A stretch of DNA of 63,644 nucleotides, counting the filler, from Chiloscyllium plagiosum (Eukaryota): NCBI RefSeq assembly GCF_004010195.1. It is 3 parts of one record of this genome, joined end to end, with 100 filler letters (N's around TTAATTAATTAA, not from the genome) between each part and the next. Parts side by side here need not be neighbours in the genome. Positions count along the whole stretch, not along the records: positions 28,257 to 59,850 come from NC_057715.1; positions 59,951 to 63,644 come from NC_057715.1; 1 more part is not named here. One strand, written 5' to 3'. Position 1 is the stretch's first letter, and every line of letters begins with the position of its first letter. Both the position numbers and the translations under genes were made by a program. This document shows positions 51,031-63,644 of the stretch, piece by piece. A model generated the notes under the pieces. It made no database searches. It saw only the letters and a list, made by a program, of their open reading frames with translations, and was not told the DNA's origin.

Positions 51031-51628
51031 GCTGAATCCAGTGGTAAAGGATCAAATAAACCTGACTGAGGAATATCAGAAACAGAATAGCAATGTGTGC
51101 AGTCAGCTTTCAGGCAATTCATCAAAGATGGTTTAGAATGGCCCTCAGTTCAGTGAGACATGGAGGACTCTGACAAGGAGGGTTGTGGAATGTCTCAACA
51201 TGGACCTCTACACTGATGTATGCACCACAAACCAAATAGAGTTTTAGATTGCAAATGTGTAGGATCACTGAAAACTTGTCAGCCCTCCCTGCAAACAACA
51301 CCCTCACCCCTACAACAATCCAGAATGGACAAGTTGCACATACGATCATGTTGTCAAATACCATGCATCAAGTGAGAGGAAATCAGTTCCATGCCCTTCT
51401 CCAGCCTATGAGACCTTGGAATGTCTTTGTAAATTGTCATGGCTGCTGGGAGTTGTAAGGTCACATGTGATTATATCTGTTTCTTTGAGATGACCATGAT
51501 CTATCTGTAATGATCAATGGCATGGTCAAGATTGTTTGTGACCAGGATTTCTATTCCATTGTGTGCAAGATACCTCTTCAACCTATTCAGTGTAAGTGTT
51601 TGAATAACACAATTGCCACTCTTATATT

Positions 51629-51836
51629 CAAGATTAGAGTGGTGCTGGAAAAGCACAGCAGATCAGGCAGCATCCGAGGAGCAGGAAAATCAATGTTTCG
51701 GGCAAAAGCCCTTCATCAGGAATTGCCGGAAACATCGATTTTCCTGTTCCTCAGATGCTGCCTGATCTGCTGTGCTTTTCCAGCACCACTCTAATCTTGA
51801 TTCTAATCTCCAGCATCTGCAGTACCCACTTCTGCC
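51629..51836. mobile_element. Fold-back Penelope family B mini-insertion with 15-bp TSD
   Basis: TSD tgccact(c/t)ttatatt at 51614-51628 and 51837-51851; ~77-bp inverted arms; hammerhead motif on the minus strand at 51692-51719. Confidence 0.85.
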
Positions 51837-52080
51837 TGCCACTTTTATATTGTCAACATGCTGTGTGACATTAACATTATGGAAAGCTTTGTCATTTTCT
51901 GTAATCTGCCTTTTGTTTGTTTAATCTCATGCATGTATTTGCAATTGTGAACCTACTTGATACCTTCCTGTCTGCCAATGTTGTGGTATTTTACAATGTT
52001 GTTGGTCTCCAGTGTTTTGTTTTAGAGTCTGCCTTGATGTTGAAACCAGATTTCCTACACATGCATGCTCAATACAGTTC

Positions 52081-52759
52081 TGTTATAAAGGTGTGAGGGG
52101 TACTGTACTTTCAAGAGAGTTAAAAGTTAGCGGAATTACCTGGCACAACACCAAGTGCTCTGAACAAGGTAACAATGTAACATTTGGTTGAACAGCTAGA
52201 GTAGCTGGGTTGCCTGGAGTTAAAACATGCACAAATTCGGCTAATTAGTTTAAATTATGCCCCAAAAGACCAAACTCCAATCAAGTTTGAATTTAGTATT
52301 TTGACAATATTAACACCAATGAAATGATCCGTTGCTTTAGGATATAAAACTGAAAAAAAGTTGAACAGTTGGAGGAGAACTGTCAAAAGACTAACAAATC
52401 TCTGAGAGGTACCTATCTAGAGAGGAGTTTGCACAGAGAAAAAATATCAACACCAACTTGAAGAGCAAATCTACAGAGGAAAACACAAAAAGAAGATTTG
52501 ACAGCAGGCTGGTTTTGAAATTTGAATTTTTTGGTAAATCTTAATCGGGGGCTTTATCGGACTAGTATTGTAGAGGGTAAAAGATAGGTTAGAGAAAGGA
52601 GCTGTAAATAGCTGTTAATTAATTATTCTCTGTTAGACTTTAAAAATAGAGTTGTTAATTTTTACTTTAGGTCATGACTTTTGGGAATAGTTCCTTGCAT
52701 CTCGAATTTTAACAGATTACACCACAGCCGGGGGAGGGGGGGTTACTTGTGTTGTAACA
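52081..52759 (+). mobile_element. Solo LTR (probably Gypsy-type), TSD GTTC
   Basis: TGTTA...TAACA inverted ends; gttc at 52077-52080 and 52760-52763; tataaaa box at ~52343. Confidence 0.8.
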
Positions 52760-55317
52760 GTTCTAACATCATCCCCCAGCTATTAAACCTGCCTTCAGCT
52801 GATAAAGACAAATGTGCCATGTCCTGGTACCTCTGACAGACATGCCCACCAAGGTTCTCCTAATCCTCAGTACTTCCTAGGGTCCTACCATTCATCACAT
52901 ATTCCCTTGTTCACATGGTATGGTATCTATATCCCATGAATGAATTTAAAAAGTCAGTTACACCAGTTCCATTTAAACCAGCCAACCACCTATACTGGGA
53001 AAAGCTCAACAGGTCTGGCAGCAGATGTGAAGAGAAATCAAAGTTAACACTTCGGGTCTGGTGACCCTTCCTCTATATCTGCAGTTCTTTCAGCGTTTGT
53101 CACCTATACTAGGTGCTGACTATTCCATCACTATAAGCACCAATTACAAAGGGGTCACTTAAACCAAGTAAAACAGGACAGCTATTTCAGGATTTTTGTT
53201 TGAGAAGTTGTTCATCTTCTGTCTGTCTCTGTCCACTGTTTAAGGATTTAAGACTTTCTGACAGAGTTTACTAATTTCTGGCACAGGTATAATCTTCTGA
53301 AAATAAGTACATTAAGTGATGGGAGATTTTATCAGAGCAGGAGAAAATGTCATCTTTGATTGCTTAAAAGGTGTGGCTTGAAATGATTGCAGGATTGGCA
53401 CTAAGAACAAATATACTTTTGCCAAGCTTAGTAAGTAAACTGACCTTCTCATATTCTTGTGACTCATACTTTTCAATAAGAATGAACAGAACAATCAGTA
53501 AATAGGGCTTTGAAACTTTCACAAGTAGACAGTAGGGATTCTTTTATCAGCCTTGTGTCTTATTCAGATATTTTCTGGTGGCTTGAGAAGATCTGTGGAA
53601 GCCTTGAGGCCCTCATCAGTCTTGTTTCTATCAGGGAGAGGGCACAGAGACAAACGGTCAAAGGTGATGCTATTATAGAGGTTGGCAGATATTCTTCATG
53701 GACGCAATTATTGAACTGCATTAAATAATTGTAGGTGGTTCAAGACTTACTGTACGAGCAGAACTTGTCCATATCACCAAACAATGTGAAGGTCAGATGT
53801 GTTTTTCAATTTCTTGCATTTGGCTCATTATAATTGCCTGACAATAACTTAGGGATGTACAGACTAAGATTATGTACTGCATTAGAGTTGTGATTGACAC
53901 ACTTTGTGAGAGGGATATTCTAGGTTTATACATTTCTGTAGAGGTGGGAACAGAAATTCCAGAAAAATACAACAATTCTCTATTGTGCCAAAAATGTTGA
54001 GCATCACTAAATATATAAACTGAGGAACCCAGCATTAAATCCCCATGAATTACTCATATTCAAAAGGTTTCTATACATTTGTGTGCAGATAGTTTATGAT
54101 ACACACCAGAACATAAGAAAAAGTAGCAAGCATAAACCATAGGATCTGTAATTGTCACGAGTGTCAAATTTAATTTGAATTATAAGATTTAAGTCAATTA
54201 CAAAGAAAAACTGAATTCCAAAAGGTCTTCCAGTCCTCACTAATGACAAAACCACCCTAAATATATTTTCACGAGTGTTATGGAAGTTATTACATTTATC
54301 ACCAAAAGCACAAAACAGTTATACTTATTGTAGGCAGAGCACTCACTCAGTCAATTTAGGACATCAGCTTGTGACATAGAGTCAAGCAGTGGCTTGTCTT
54401 GTTCTGTTTAGTTGGTTGAAGTTTTTCTTATTGTTGCAATCCTGATTGATAAGAGTTCCTGCTCAATAATCCTTGCTAGCCACTGTTTCTGTTCATGGTC
54501 AGTGGTATCCCTGGGCTCTAACTGCTTTGCCAACACATGAACAGCACACACACAGCCTCAGATTTGTGAATGGCATCATACCCAATTTCTGATTGGTTTC
54601 TTAAGGGAAATGATCAGCTTGCTGACATTACTTCTTGTTATCTCATGACTAGTACCCTATGATATCAGTCACTCGTGGGTGCATCCTTTTCAACACTGCT
54701 TTCCCTCTTAATTTACTGTGTTTATCTGTTTCTGAGATAATGGTGCAACATGGAGAAATTTACATCTTCCTTATAGGATCTGTGGTGCTATGTCCAAATA
54801 ATTAATATTATCTCAGATGTCTGATTGATATATCTTTGTGTTCTGAGGGGTTCAAGAGTCTATTAATACATTTTAGCTACAGGAGCCACTTGTTAATGTG
54901 TAACTTAACAATGATTGTTGGTGCTTGCAACAGTTTACAAAAATCTGTGCAGAGTATATATAAAGATCAGTGCAGCAACAACTGAGGGAGCAAGATTCAT
55001 TTTAAAATATACAGCATGATATATTCAATTAAAACATATAAAACATCAAAAACAATGTGATTAAAAATTAATTACAGCACCAATTTACAACATTATACAT
55101 AAGTTTTGTCACAAAGTTAGCCCCTTTTTTGCTAAAAGCTGTTCCTTGGCTCAAGGAGACTCTGTCCTTGATTTTTTTCAGGGAGGCAATAAACCGGGCC
55201 GGGCTCCAATCAGTCTGGTTTGGTACAGAGATGAAAAGGACTTTCAGAGGTCTTTTGTTTATATGTAAACAGCTGAGACTTCAGGCCAAAATGGTCATGC
55301 TTTAGAAGTGGCCTGTA

Positions 55318-57980
55318 TAGAGAGTCATAGAGATGTACACCACAGAAACCCTTCAGAACACCTCGTCCAGGCCGACCAGATATCCTACCCTAACCTAGTC
55401 CCATTTTCCAGCACTTGCCCCCATCCCGCTAAACCCTTCCTATTCATATACCCATCCAGATGCCTTTCAAATGCTGTGATTGTACCTGCCTCCACCACTT
55501 CCTCTGGCAGTTCATTCCATACACACATCATCGTGTGCTTAAAATGTTGCCCCTTAGGTCTCTTTTATATCTTTCCTCTCTCACTTTAAACCTATACCCT
55601 CTAGTTCTGGACTTGCCCATCCCAAGGAAAAGACTTTATCTTTTTATCCTATCCATGCCCCTCATAATTTTATAAACCTCTATAAGGTCACCCTTCAACC
55701 TCCGATGCTCCAGGGAAAACAACCCCAGTCTATTCAAACTCTCCGATAGCTCAAATCCTCCAACCCTGGCAATATCCCTGTAAATCTTGTCTGAACCCAT
55801 TCACAACATCCTTCCGATAGAAAGGAGACCAGAGTTGCATGCAACATCCCAAAAGTGGCCTAACCAATGTCTTGTACAGCCACAACATGACCTCCCAACT
55901 CCTGTACTCAATGCTCTGACCAATAAAGGAAAGCATACCAAACACCTTCTTCACTATCCTATCTACCTGCGATTCTACTTTCAAGGAGCTATGAACCTGC
56001 ACTCCAAGGTCTCTTTGTTCAGCAACACTCCCCAGAACCTTACCATTAAGTGCAAAAGTCCTGCTCTGATTTGTTTTTTCAAAATGCAGGACCTCGCATT
56101 TATCTAAACTAAACTCCATCTGCCTCTCCTCAGCCCATTGGTCCATCTGATCAAGATCTCATTGTACTCTGAGGTAACCTTCTTTGCTGTCCACTACACC
56201 TCCAATTTTAGTGTCATCTACAAACTTACTAACCATACCTCCTATGTTCACATCTAAACCATTTATATAAATGACAAAAAGCAGTGGACCCAACACCAAT
56301 CCTAATGGCATATCACTGGTCACAGACCTCTAGTCTGAAAAGCATCTCTTCACCACCACCCTCTATCTTTTACCTTCGAGCCAGTTCTGTATCCAAATGG
56401 CTAATTTTCCCTGTATTCCATGAGATCTAACTTTGCTAACCAGCCTCCCATGAGGAATCTTGACGAATGCCTTACTGAAGTCCATATAGATCACGTCTAC
56501 TACTCTGCCCTCAGCAATCCTCTTTGTTACTTCTTCAAAAAACTCAGTCAAGTTTGTGAGACATGATTTTTCCATGCCGAAAGCCATGGTGACTATCCCG
56601 AATCAGTCCTTGCCTTTCCAAATACATGTACATCCTGTCCCTCAAGATTCCCTCCAACAACTTGCCTACCACCGATATCAGGCTCACTGGTGTATAGTTA
56701 TCTGGCTTTTCCTTACCACTTTTCATAGATAGTGGTACCATGTTAGCCACCCTCCAGTCTTCCAACACCTCACCTGTGACTATCGATGATACAAATATCT
56801 CAACAAGGGGCCCAGCAATCACTTCCCTCGCTTCCCTCAGAGTTCTAGGGTATATCTGACCAGGTCCTGGGGATTTACCCACTTTTATGTATTACAAGAC
56901 ATCCAGCAATTCCTCCTCTGTAATATGGACACTTTTCAAAATGTCACCATCTATTTTCCCACATTGTATATCTTCCTTGTCCTTCTCCACAGTAAACACT
57001 GATGTAAAATACTCATTTAATATCTCCCCCATCTCCTGCAGCTCCACACAAAGGCGGCCTTGCTGATCTTTGAGGGGCCCAATTCTCTCCCTTGCTACCC
57101 TTTTGTCCTTAATGTATTCATGAAATCCTTTTGGTTTCTCTTTAAGCCTATTTGCCAAAGCTATCTCATGTCCCCTTTTTGCTCTCCTGATTTCCCTCTT
57201 AAGTATACTGCTACTGTCTTTATACTCTTAGAACATAGAACATAGAACATAGAACATTACAGCGCAGTACAGGGCCTTCGGCCCTCGATGTTGCGCCGCT
57301 CTCTCATACTAATCTGAAGCCCATCCCACCTACACTATCTTCTAAGGATTCACTCGATCTCTCCTTTCTATACTTGACTACGCTTCATTCTTTTTCTTAA
57401 CCAAAACCTCAATTTCTTTAGTCATCCAGCATTCCCTATACCTACCAGCCTTTCCTTTCACCTTAACAAAATATACTGTCTGTGGAGTCTCGTTATCTCA
57501 TTCCTGAAGGCTTCCCATTCTCCCACCACCCCTTTACCTGTGAACATCTGCCCCCAAACAGCTTTTGAAAGTTCTTGCCTAATATCGTCTAAATTACCCT
57601 TCCTCCAAGTTAGAACTTCAATTTTTAGATCTGGTCTATCCTTTTCTATCACTATTTTAAAACTAATAGAATTATGGTCGCTGGCCCAAAAGTGCTCCCT
57701 CACTTAAAGCTATTCCTTATGAAAAACACCACTCCCCCTCCTCTCTCGCTCCCCCCACCTTCCTATAGCATTTGTATCCTGGAACATTAAGCTACCAGAC
57801 CTGTCCATTCCTGAGCCACATTTCTGTAATTGTTATGATACCCCAGTCCCATTTTCCTAACCATGTCCTGAATTCATCTGCCTTCCCTGTTTGGCCTCTT
57901 GCATTGAAATAAATGCAGTTTAATTCATCACTCCTACCTTGTTCTCTGCTTTATTCCTGCCTGCCCTAACTGTTTGACTC
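55318..57980 (-). mobile_element. CR1 LINE (APE and RT, internally deleted) with a second CR1 3' tail nested at ~57229-57338
   Basis: SDHNSISF, KSPGPG, YMDFSKAF, LDKCEVLHF; the nested piece has a (tagaaca)n tail. Confidence 0.93.
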
Positions 57981-58765
57981 GCTCCTTTTCCCAACTGTCC
58001 TTGAGCCTGTCTCTGCCATTCAAGATCATGGGTGATCTTCTTCCCCAACTTCATTTCCCTATCCATTCTTTGTATCCTTTGAGTTCATTTTCCCCTAAAA
58101 TCTATGATTCTCAAACTTGAATCAGCCACTTGGAGCTTTCTGTGAGACTTCTAATGTTTGATAATCATTTGAATGAAGAAATTTCTCTTTCACTCAGTCC
58201 TAAATGATTGACCTCTTCTCCAGAATCTATGATACCTTGTTCTAGAGTCTATAACCAGGGGAAAATAGCACGTCAAATAACAATACCAAGGATCGTACCT
58301 TACAAGAACAATCAGTTATTTCTGATTATGACATTCAAATGCAATGAACTATTTGAGAGTTTAAGCACTTGGTGATTAGTATTTGTCATCTATGATCCTT
58401 ACACATTGAGTATCTGTACATTTATCTCATAATTTGCATCGCTCGTGTCAGATATGCTTGAATGACACTTGAAGTTGTAACTGTTTTAAATTAGTCGTTG
58501 ATTCACTTTGTATGTGAAAATACTTTTTTTTCTAGAAATCACATTTCTGAGAGATATTGAAAACAGAAAGTGTTAGTTAAACATGAGCTGCTTATGCAAT
58601 AATTTATTTTGGTCTTAAAAGCTGATGAACAAAAAGAAAACAAAGTTGCATGACTAAAGTGGTCCAAAATCATGTCTTTTCAATCACGTCTTTGCAATCA
58701 CATGACGGTGGTAATAAAAGGAAAATACTACAGATATTGGAACTCTGAAATAAAATCAGAGAATA

Positions 58766-59850
58766 ACCAAAAAAAAAGGACCTGTGCGCCAGATTGGAAA
58801 GGTAACGAGTTTTTTTTAATTCCTTATTTTTTCATCTGTCTCTTTGGGAATTTAGAATAGTGGGAATGGAGGTTAGGGCAGTTGAATGTTCCTCCTGCAG
58901 AATGTGGGAGGTAAGGGTCACCATTAATGTCCCTGCTGACTACATCTGTTGGAAGTGCACCCAACTCCAGCTCCTCGAAAACCGCATTAGGGAGCTGGAG
59001 CTGGAGCTGGATGAACTTTAGATCATTCGGGAGGCAGAGGGGGTTATTGAGAGGGGTTACAGGGAGGAAGTCACTTCTAAGGTACAAGAAAAAGGCAAAT
59101 GGGTTACAGTCAGGGCAGTGCCGGGAACCCCTGTGGCCATTCCCGTCAACAATAAGTATACCGTTTTGGATACTGTTGGGGGGATGACTTACCAGGGGAA
59201 AGCAGTGGGGTACAGGGCTCTGGAACAGAGTCTGTCCCTGCTGCTCAGAAGGGAAAGGGGAAGAGGAGCAGAGCAGTAGTCATTGAGGACTCCATAGTTA
59301 GGGGTACAGATATGAGGTTCTGTGGGGATGAGAGAGACTCACGGTTGGTGTGTTGCCTCCCAGGTGCTAGGATTCGTGATGTCTCTGATCGTGTTTTTGG
59401 GATCCTTAAGGGGGAAGGGGAGCAGCCCCAAGCCGTGGTCCACAAAGGCATCAACGACATAGGTAGGAAGAGAGATGGGGATTTAAGGCAGAAATTCAGG
59501 GAGCTAGGATGGAAGCTTAGAGCTAGGACGAACAGAGTTGTTGTCTCTGTTGCCCGTGCCACGGGCTAGTGAGGCAAGGAATAGGGAGATAGAGGAATTG
59601 AGCACATGGATACAGGGATGGTGCAGGAGGGAGGGTTTTGGATTCTTGGATAATTGGGGCTCTTTCTGGGGTAGGTGGGATGTCTACAAGCAGGATGGTC
59701 TTCATCTGAACCAGAGGGGTACAAATATCCTGGGGGGGACATTCGCTAAGGCTGTTGGGGTGGGTTTAAACTAATCCAGCAGGGGGATGGGAACCAAAAT
59801 TGTAGTTCAAGTATAGAAAAGGTTGAAAGTAGGGAGGCCCAAAGTCAAGT
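58766..59850 (+). mobile_element. CR1 5' region/ORF1 (Zn-finger and esterase), cut by the gap
   Basis: Highly similar to 21570-22600; CCLPGARI, DGLHLNQRG. Confidence 0.9.
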
Positions 59851-59950
59851 NNNNNNNNNNNNNNNNNNNNNNNNNNNNNNNNNNNNNNNNNNNNTTAATT
59901 AATTAANNNNNNNNNNNNNNNNNNNNNNNNNNNNNNNNNNNNNNNNNNNN
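59851..59950. other. Assembly gap with TTAATTAATTAA linker
   Basis: 44 N, 12 bp, 44 N. Confidence 0.95.
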
Positions 59951-60381
59951 AGATGCCTGGAGGAAGAACACCTCATCTTCCACCTCGGAATACTTCAACC
60001 CCAGGGCATCAATGTGCACTTCAACAGTTTCCTCATTTCCCCTTCCCCCACCTCACCCTAGTTCCAAACTTCCAGCTCAGCACTGTCCCCATGACTTGTT
60101 CTACCTGCCTATCTTCTTTTCCACCTATCCATTCCACCCTCCTCCCTGACCTATCACCTTCATCCCCTCCCCTATTGTACTCCATGCTACTTTCTCCCCA
60201 CCCCCACCTTCCTCTAGCTTACCTCTCCACGCTTCAGGCTCTCTGCCTTTATTCCTAATGAAGGGCTTTTGCCCAAAACGTTGATTTTGCTGCTCCTTGG
60301 ATGCTGCCTGAACTGCTGTGCTCTTCCAGCACCACTAATCCAAAATCTGGTTTCCAGCATCTGCAGTCATTGTTTTTACCT
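59951..60381 (+). mobile_element. Penelope family B 3' end
   Basis: LEEEHLIFHLGILQPQGINV; decayed hammerhead ctaatgaagggcttttgcccaaaacgtt (60255-60282). Confidence 0.85.
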
Positions 60382-61849
60382 AGGATGCATCATATGGCTG
60401 TTTCATTTTTAAAAACTTATTCTATGTTTACTTGGAGGTTGCCAACCTCTAACGTGCAATCATTTTAGTGCAAAGAGTCTTCAATTAGTAACTTCAGGCT
60501 AGTAGCTTCTGTCATTTCTGTTGCCATTTGGTGCAGAGGGAGAGAAAGGCACCTTGTTGGAGTTGGAAGTACCGAAGGCAAGAGGATGGCTGTATTGCTG
60601 TATAACACTAACTTGTTAATGTTATACCTGCAGCATATGCCAGTACCATTTGTGAAAATACATTATATGCTTCAAGCAAAGAGTCACAGCTGAAAGTCAA
60701 AGGAAACTGTAACCTTATCAAGAGGCACTACCCACATCAGTCAAGGAGTAACTATTATGCTATCTACTAATTTGGGAGAATGTGCAGAAAGAAGGGCATG
60801 AAGATTCACAAAACCATGGAATGGGAGAGTAAAATTAGGATATTAGTTACACATGGGGCTGTATGGAAATAGAGAAACTGAAAGGTAATCAGGAACAGCA
60901 ACACAAGAGTGAAAAGGGTAATTATAGTGTTTAGGTGGAGCAAGCAAGTCACTCATGAGAATAAAAGGTTTGAACCTTTCCATCATAAATTGAAAGTTAA
61001 CTGTGCAAGTGCATTACAAAATGACTTTTACTGCATGCAGAATGACTGGAGTAAATTGCATGTGTTTTCTTCAAGGATGATGTAATATTGTTTTAACCTG
61101 AAAGTCTGCAAGGGTAATTTGTATTAAGAATCTATCTAGTGATTAAATAGATACGACCCATCTGACATCAAATTGCAGGTCATTCATTTTCCAAGACTCT
61201 AGATTACAAATTACAGCCAAAAGTTATCAAACAATTACATTGTTGATATGAATTGCTTCTGAATCATGTCAGCTGAGCAATGCAATCAAACACTAATTTA
61301 GAATCATCATCCTCTGCCTATTAGTTCTGAAATACAGTCCATAGCTGTGACAAAGGCTTCTACTCCATTGTTACTTAAAGTAGTTATGACCATTGATACT
61401 AGATTTCAGATCTGAGGTCGATATCCTGGGATACCATGGTGCTTACATATTTTAAGACACACCGGTTCCTTTATCATTTCAGGGTCCTAGAGCCATGTGG
61501 GGTTGACTGCTGGGAAATGAGTGTTACTCTCACCAAACATGGCTGATATCCCCTTTATGAAACACTCATACAGAATGAACATATAACACTGTCCACACTT
61601 CAAGGGTCAGAGTGGAATAGACTATTGACCTCATCAAGCTGAGGTTTGATGCCTGGACTGCTCGAGTGGAGTCTTCAGTAAAGCTCAACTGGAGCAGACA
61701 AATTGGGTGGGGGGTTGAGAAACTATCTGAGAATGGAGATGAGAACCAGAGTATTGACTGGCAGGGAAACCAAGATAGCAAGTCAAAGCAATACATCAAG
61801 CTCAAGAAGCCAGGTAGAACCTAATTAAAAGCCACTTTCACAATGACTG

Positions 61850-62055
61850 AACAAAAACAGTATGCTGGAGAAACTCAGCAGGTCTGGAAGCATCTGTGGA
61901 GAGAGAAACAGAATTAATGATTCTGCAGAATTGAAGAGTAGTATGGGACTTGAAATTTTAACTCTTTCTCTTTCAACAGATGTTGCCAGATTTGCTGAGT
62001 CCCTCCAGAATTCTCCGTAGTTATTTCAGATTTCTAGCATCCATCGTATTTTGCC
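61850..62055. mobile_element. Old palindromic PLE-derived remnant
   Basis: ctggagaaactcagcaggtctgg versus ccagatttgctgagtccctccag inverted arms. Confidence 0.6.
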
Positions 62056-62114
62056 TTTAACTAAGCTAAATGAACTGGACTTGGACTTCCTTTAGTAGTT
62101 TAATTCTCTTTTAT

Positions 62115-62466
62115 TCACTTATGGGACATGGGTGTTTCTGGCTGGGTCAGAATTTATTGCCTACCTCTAATCTCAAAAGGCAATTATGAGACAACCATAT
62201 TGCTGTAGGTTTGGAGTCACATGAATGCCAGACCACGTAATGAAGGCAGATTTCCTTTCCTAATGGATATTAGCAAACCAATTAGGTGTTTTTAATAACA
62301 ATCAACAGTGGTTACATGGTCATCATTAAGCTAGCTTTTTATTCCAGATTTATATTCCATTCAAACTTCATCATCTACTATGGTGGTATACAAAATCACG
62401 TCCCCAGGACATTAGCCTGAGTTTCTGGATCGCTAGTCCAGTGACATTACCAGTACTCCACTGCCT
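62115..62466 (-). mobile_element. tRNA-derived SINE
   Basis: Reverse complement of the 34660 family, including the head. Confidence 0.7.
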
Positions 62467-62645
62467 CTCAGTGTATAAATGGTAAGTAGCCCTGCTTGTC
62501 CCAAAGGGCACATGGACTTTGTTATTCTTGCAGTTCTTAACCTTATCTATTGCTGAACAAATGTTTCATTATCCATATAACGTGTTGCTTGATACTTTTC
62601 AGGTGATCCCAATTTAAAGTATCTACATCTAAGGGACTATTTCCA

Positions 62646-62867
62646 GGGAGTGGAGTGTATCATTTCTCCCACCAACTCTATTTTGATTTAGTCCCTACCC
62701 TCCCCTTCACTGTTTTGATCACACAGCACTGCCCTTTGATGTGAAGGGCAGTGTTTGTCACTGGCCACCCCGGTGTTTTCCTATCTTCCTGGTGGTGGAA
62801 TTTGAATAAAGATTTGTGCACTTTGTGTCTTTCACTGTGTCTCACACCTGCACACACACAAAAAAAA
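62646..62867 (+). mobile_element. Tx1/L1-like 3' end with poly(A) signal and tail
   Basis: ORF end GVECIISPTNSILI*, aataaa, an A-run and a decayed flanking duplication (aagggactatttcc / aaggggctattccc). Confidence 0.55.
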
Positions 62868-63447
62868 GGGGCTATTCCCCATTGAGGGGATGAAAATCAG
62901 TGTGACACTGTATGAACATCACATGGTACTAAGTTGAGCTAGCTCTTGAAGTTTCATTTAGCATATAGGTGCAGTGTAGTCTCTCCTGAGCAGCAATTTA
63001 AGAACAATCTTGAGGTATCTCCTTTTGACCCTGCCATCATCTGTTAGCCTTTGATGTTTTAGAGGTTGCTTAGAAAGGTGATCTAGAAACTCAAGGTAAC
63101 AACCTGGGGATATGGTTTTGCATGTCACTACAGTAGATGGTGAAATTTGAATGGAATATTGCCTGAAAGCTTGAGCACCCTGTAGAAAATTGTTAAATGC
63201 ATGGGAGGAAGTGCCTTATGTAGCTTGTCTCAGCAGGCAAATGCATAGTGAAGGAGAGAGAAGATGTGAACTGTCCATTAACATCCTCCAGTCCTGAATG
63301 ACAGTGTATTCCATTGAAAAACTACTAAAATGAACTGCTTCCACATCCTCACTTATAGGTATGGAAGATGTGTGTAGGCCAGGCCTTAACACAGTCCCTC
63401 CATATTGTGATTGCCCAATTTAAAATGAAATACTTTCTAGTCATTAA

Positions 63448-63644
63448 TATCCACAAACCTGACTGCCCCGGCCAACCCATTGTCTCAGCCTGCTCCTGCC
63501 CCACCGAACTCATCTCTGCATACCTCGACACGGTCCTGTCCCCCTTAGTCCAAGAACTCCGCACCTACGTTCGGGACACCACCCACGCTCTCCAACTCCT
63601 CCATGATTTTCGCTTCCCCGGTCCCCAACGCCTTATTTTCACCA
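63448..63644 (+). mobile_element. Penelope-like reverse transcriptase fragment (runs off the window)
   Basis: IHKPDCPGQPIVSACSCPT...YVRDTTHAL...LIFT, a PLE RT N-terminal motif. Confidence 0.88.

Noticed and set aside
54150..55317. Possible additional LTR(s) starting tgtcac at ~54153 and ~55107
   Set aside because: I could not define matching ends or TSDs.
1..63644. Nested GPCR genes GPR18/GPR183 expected in UBAC2 introns
   Set aside because: There is no ~1-kb single-exon 7TM ORF in the ORF track; the longest ORFs (~200 aa) are CR1-derived.

Overview
This is repeat-dense vertebrate genomic DNA, most likely from a shark, judging by HE1/V-SINE, SacSINE1-like DeuSINE and abundant CR1 and Penelope repeats. 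The only host coding sequence I can support is one 246-bp internal exon of UBAC2 on the minus strand (16705-16950), so the rest of the window is probably the two flanking UBAC2 introns. These are filled with decayed and often nested transposons: CR1 LINEs (one near full length), L2, Tx1/L1-like, at least three Penelope-like (PLE) families, SINEs, two solo LTRs with 4-bp TSDs, and hAT, Harbinger and Tigger-like relics. The most notable signals are (1) minimal type I hammerhead ribozyme motifs in the PLE termini, including one near-intact copy in a 99-bp insertion and a perfect 95-bp tandem pair, and (2) a ~99% identical 243-bp inverted duplication of mostly non-repeat-looking DNA at 12056-13305. 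There are three assembly gaps, two with artificial TTAATTAATTAA linkers. I found no convincing wholly new multi-gene system. Family assignments come from recalled motifs rather than database searches, and most repeat boundaries are approximate.
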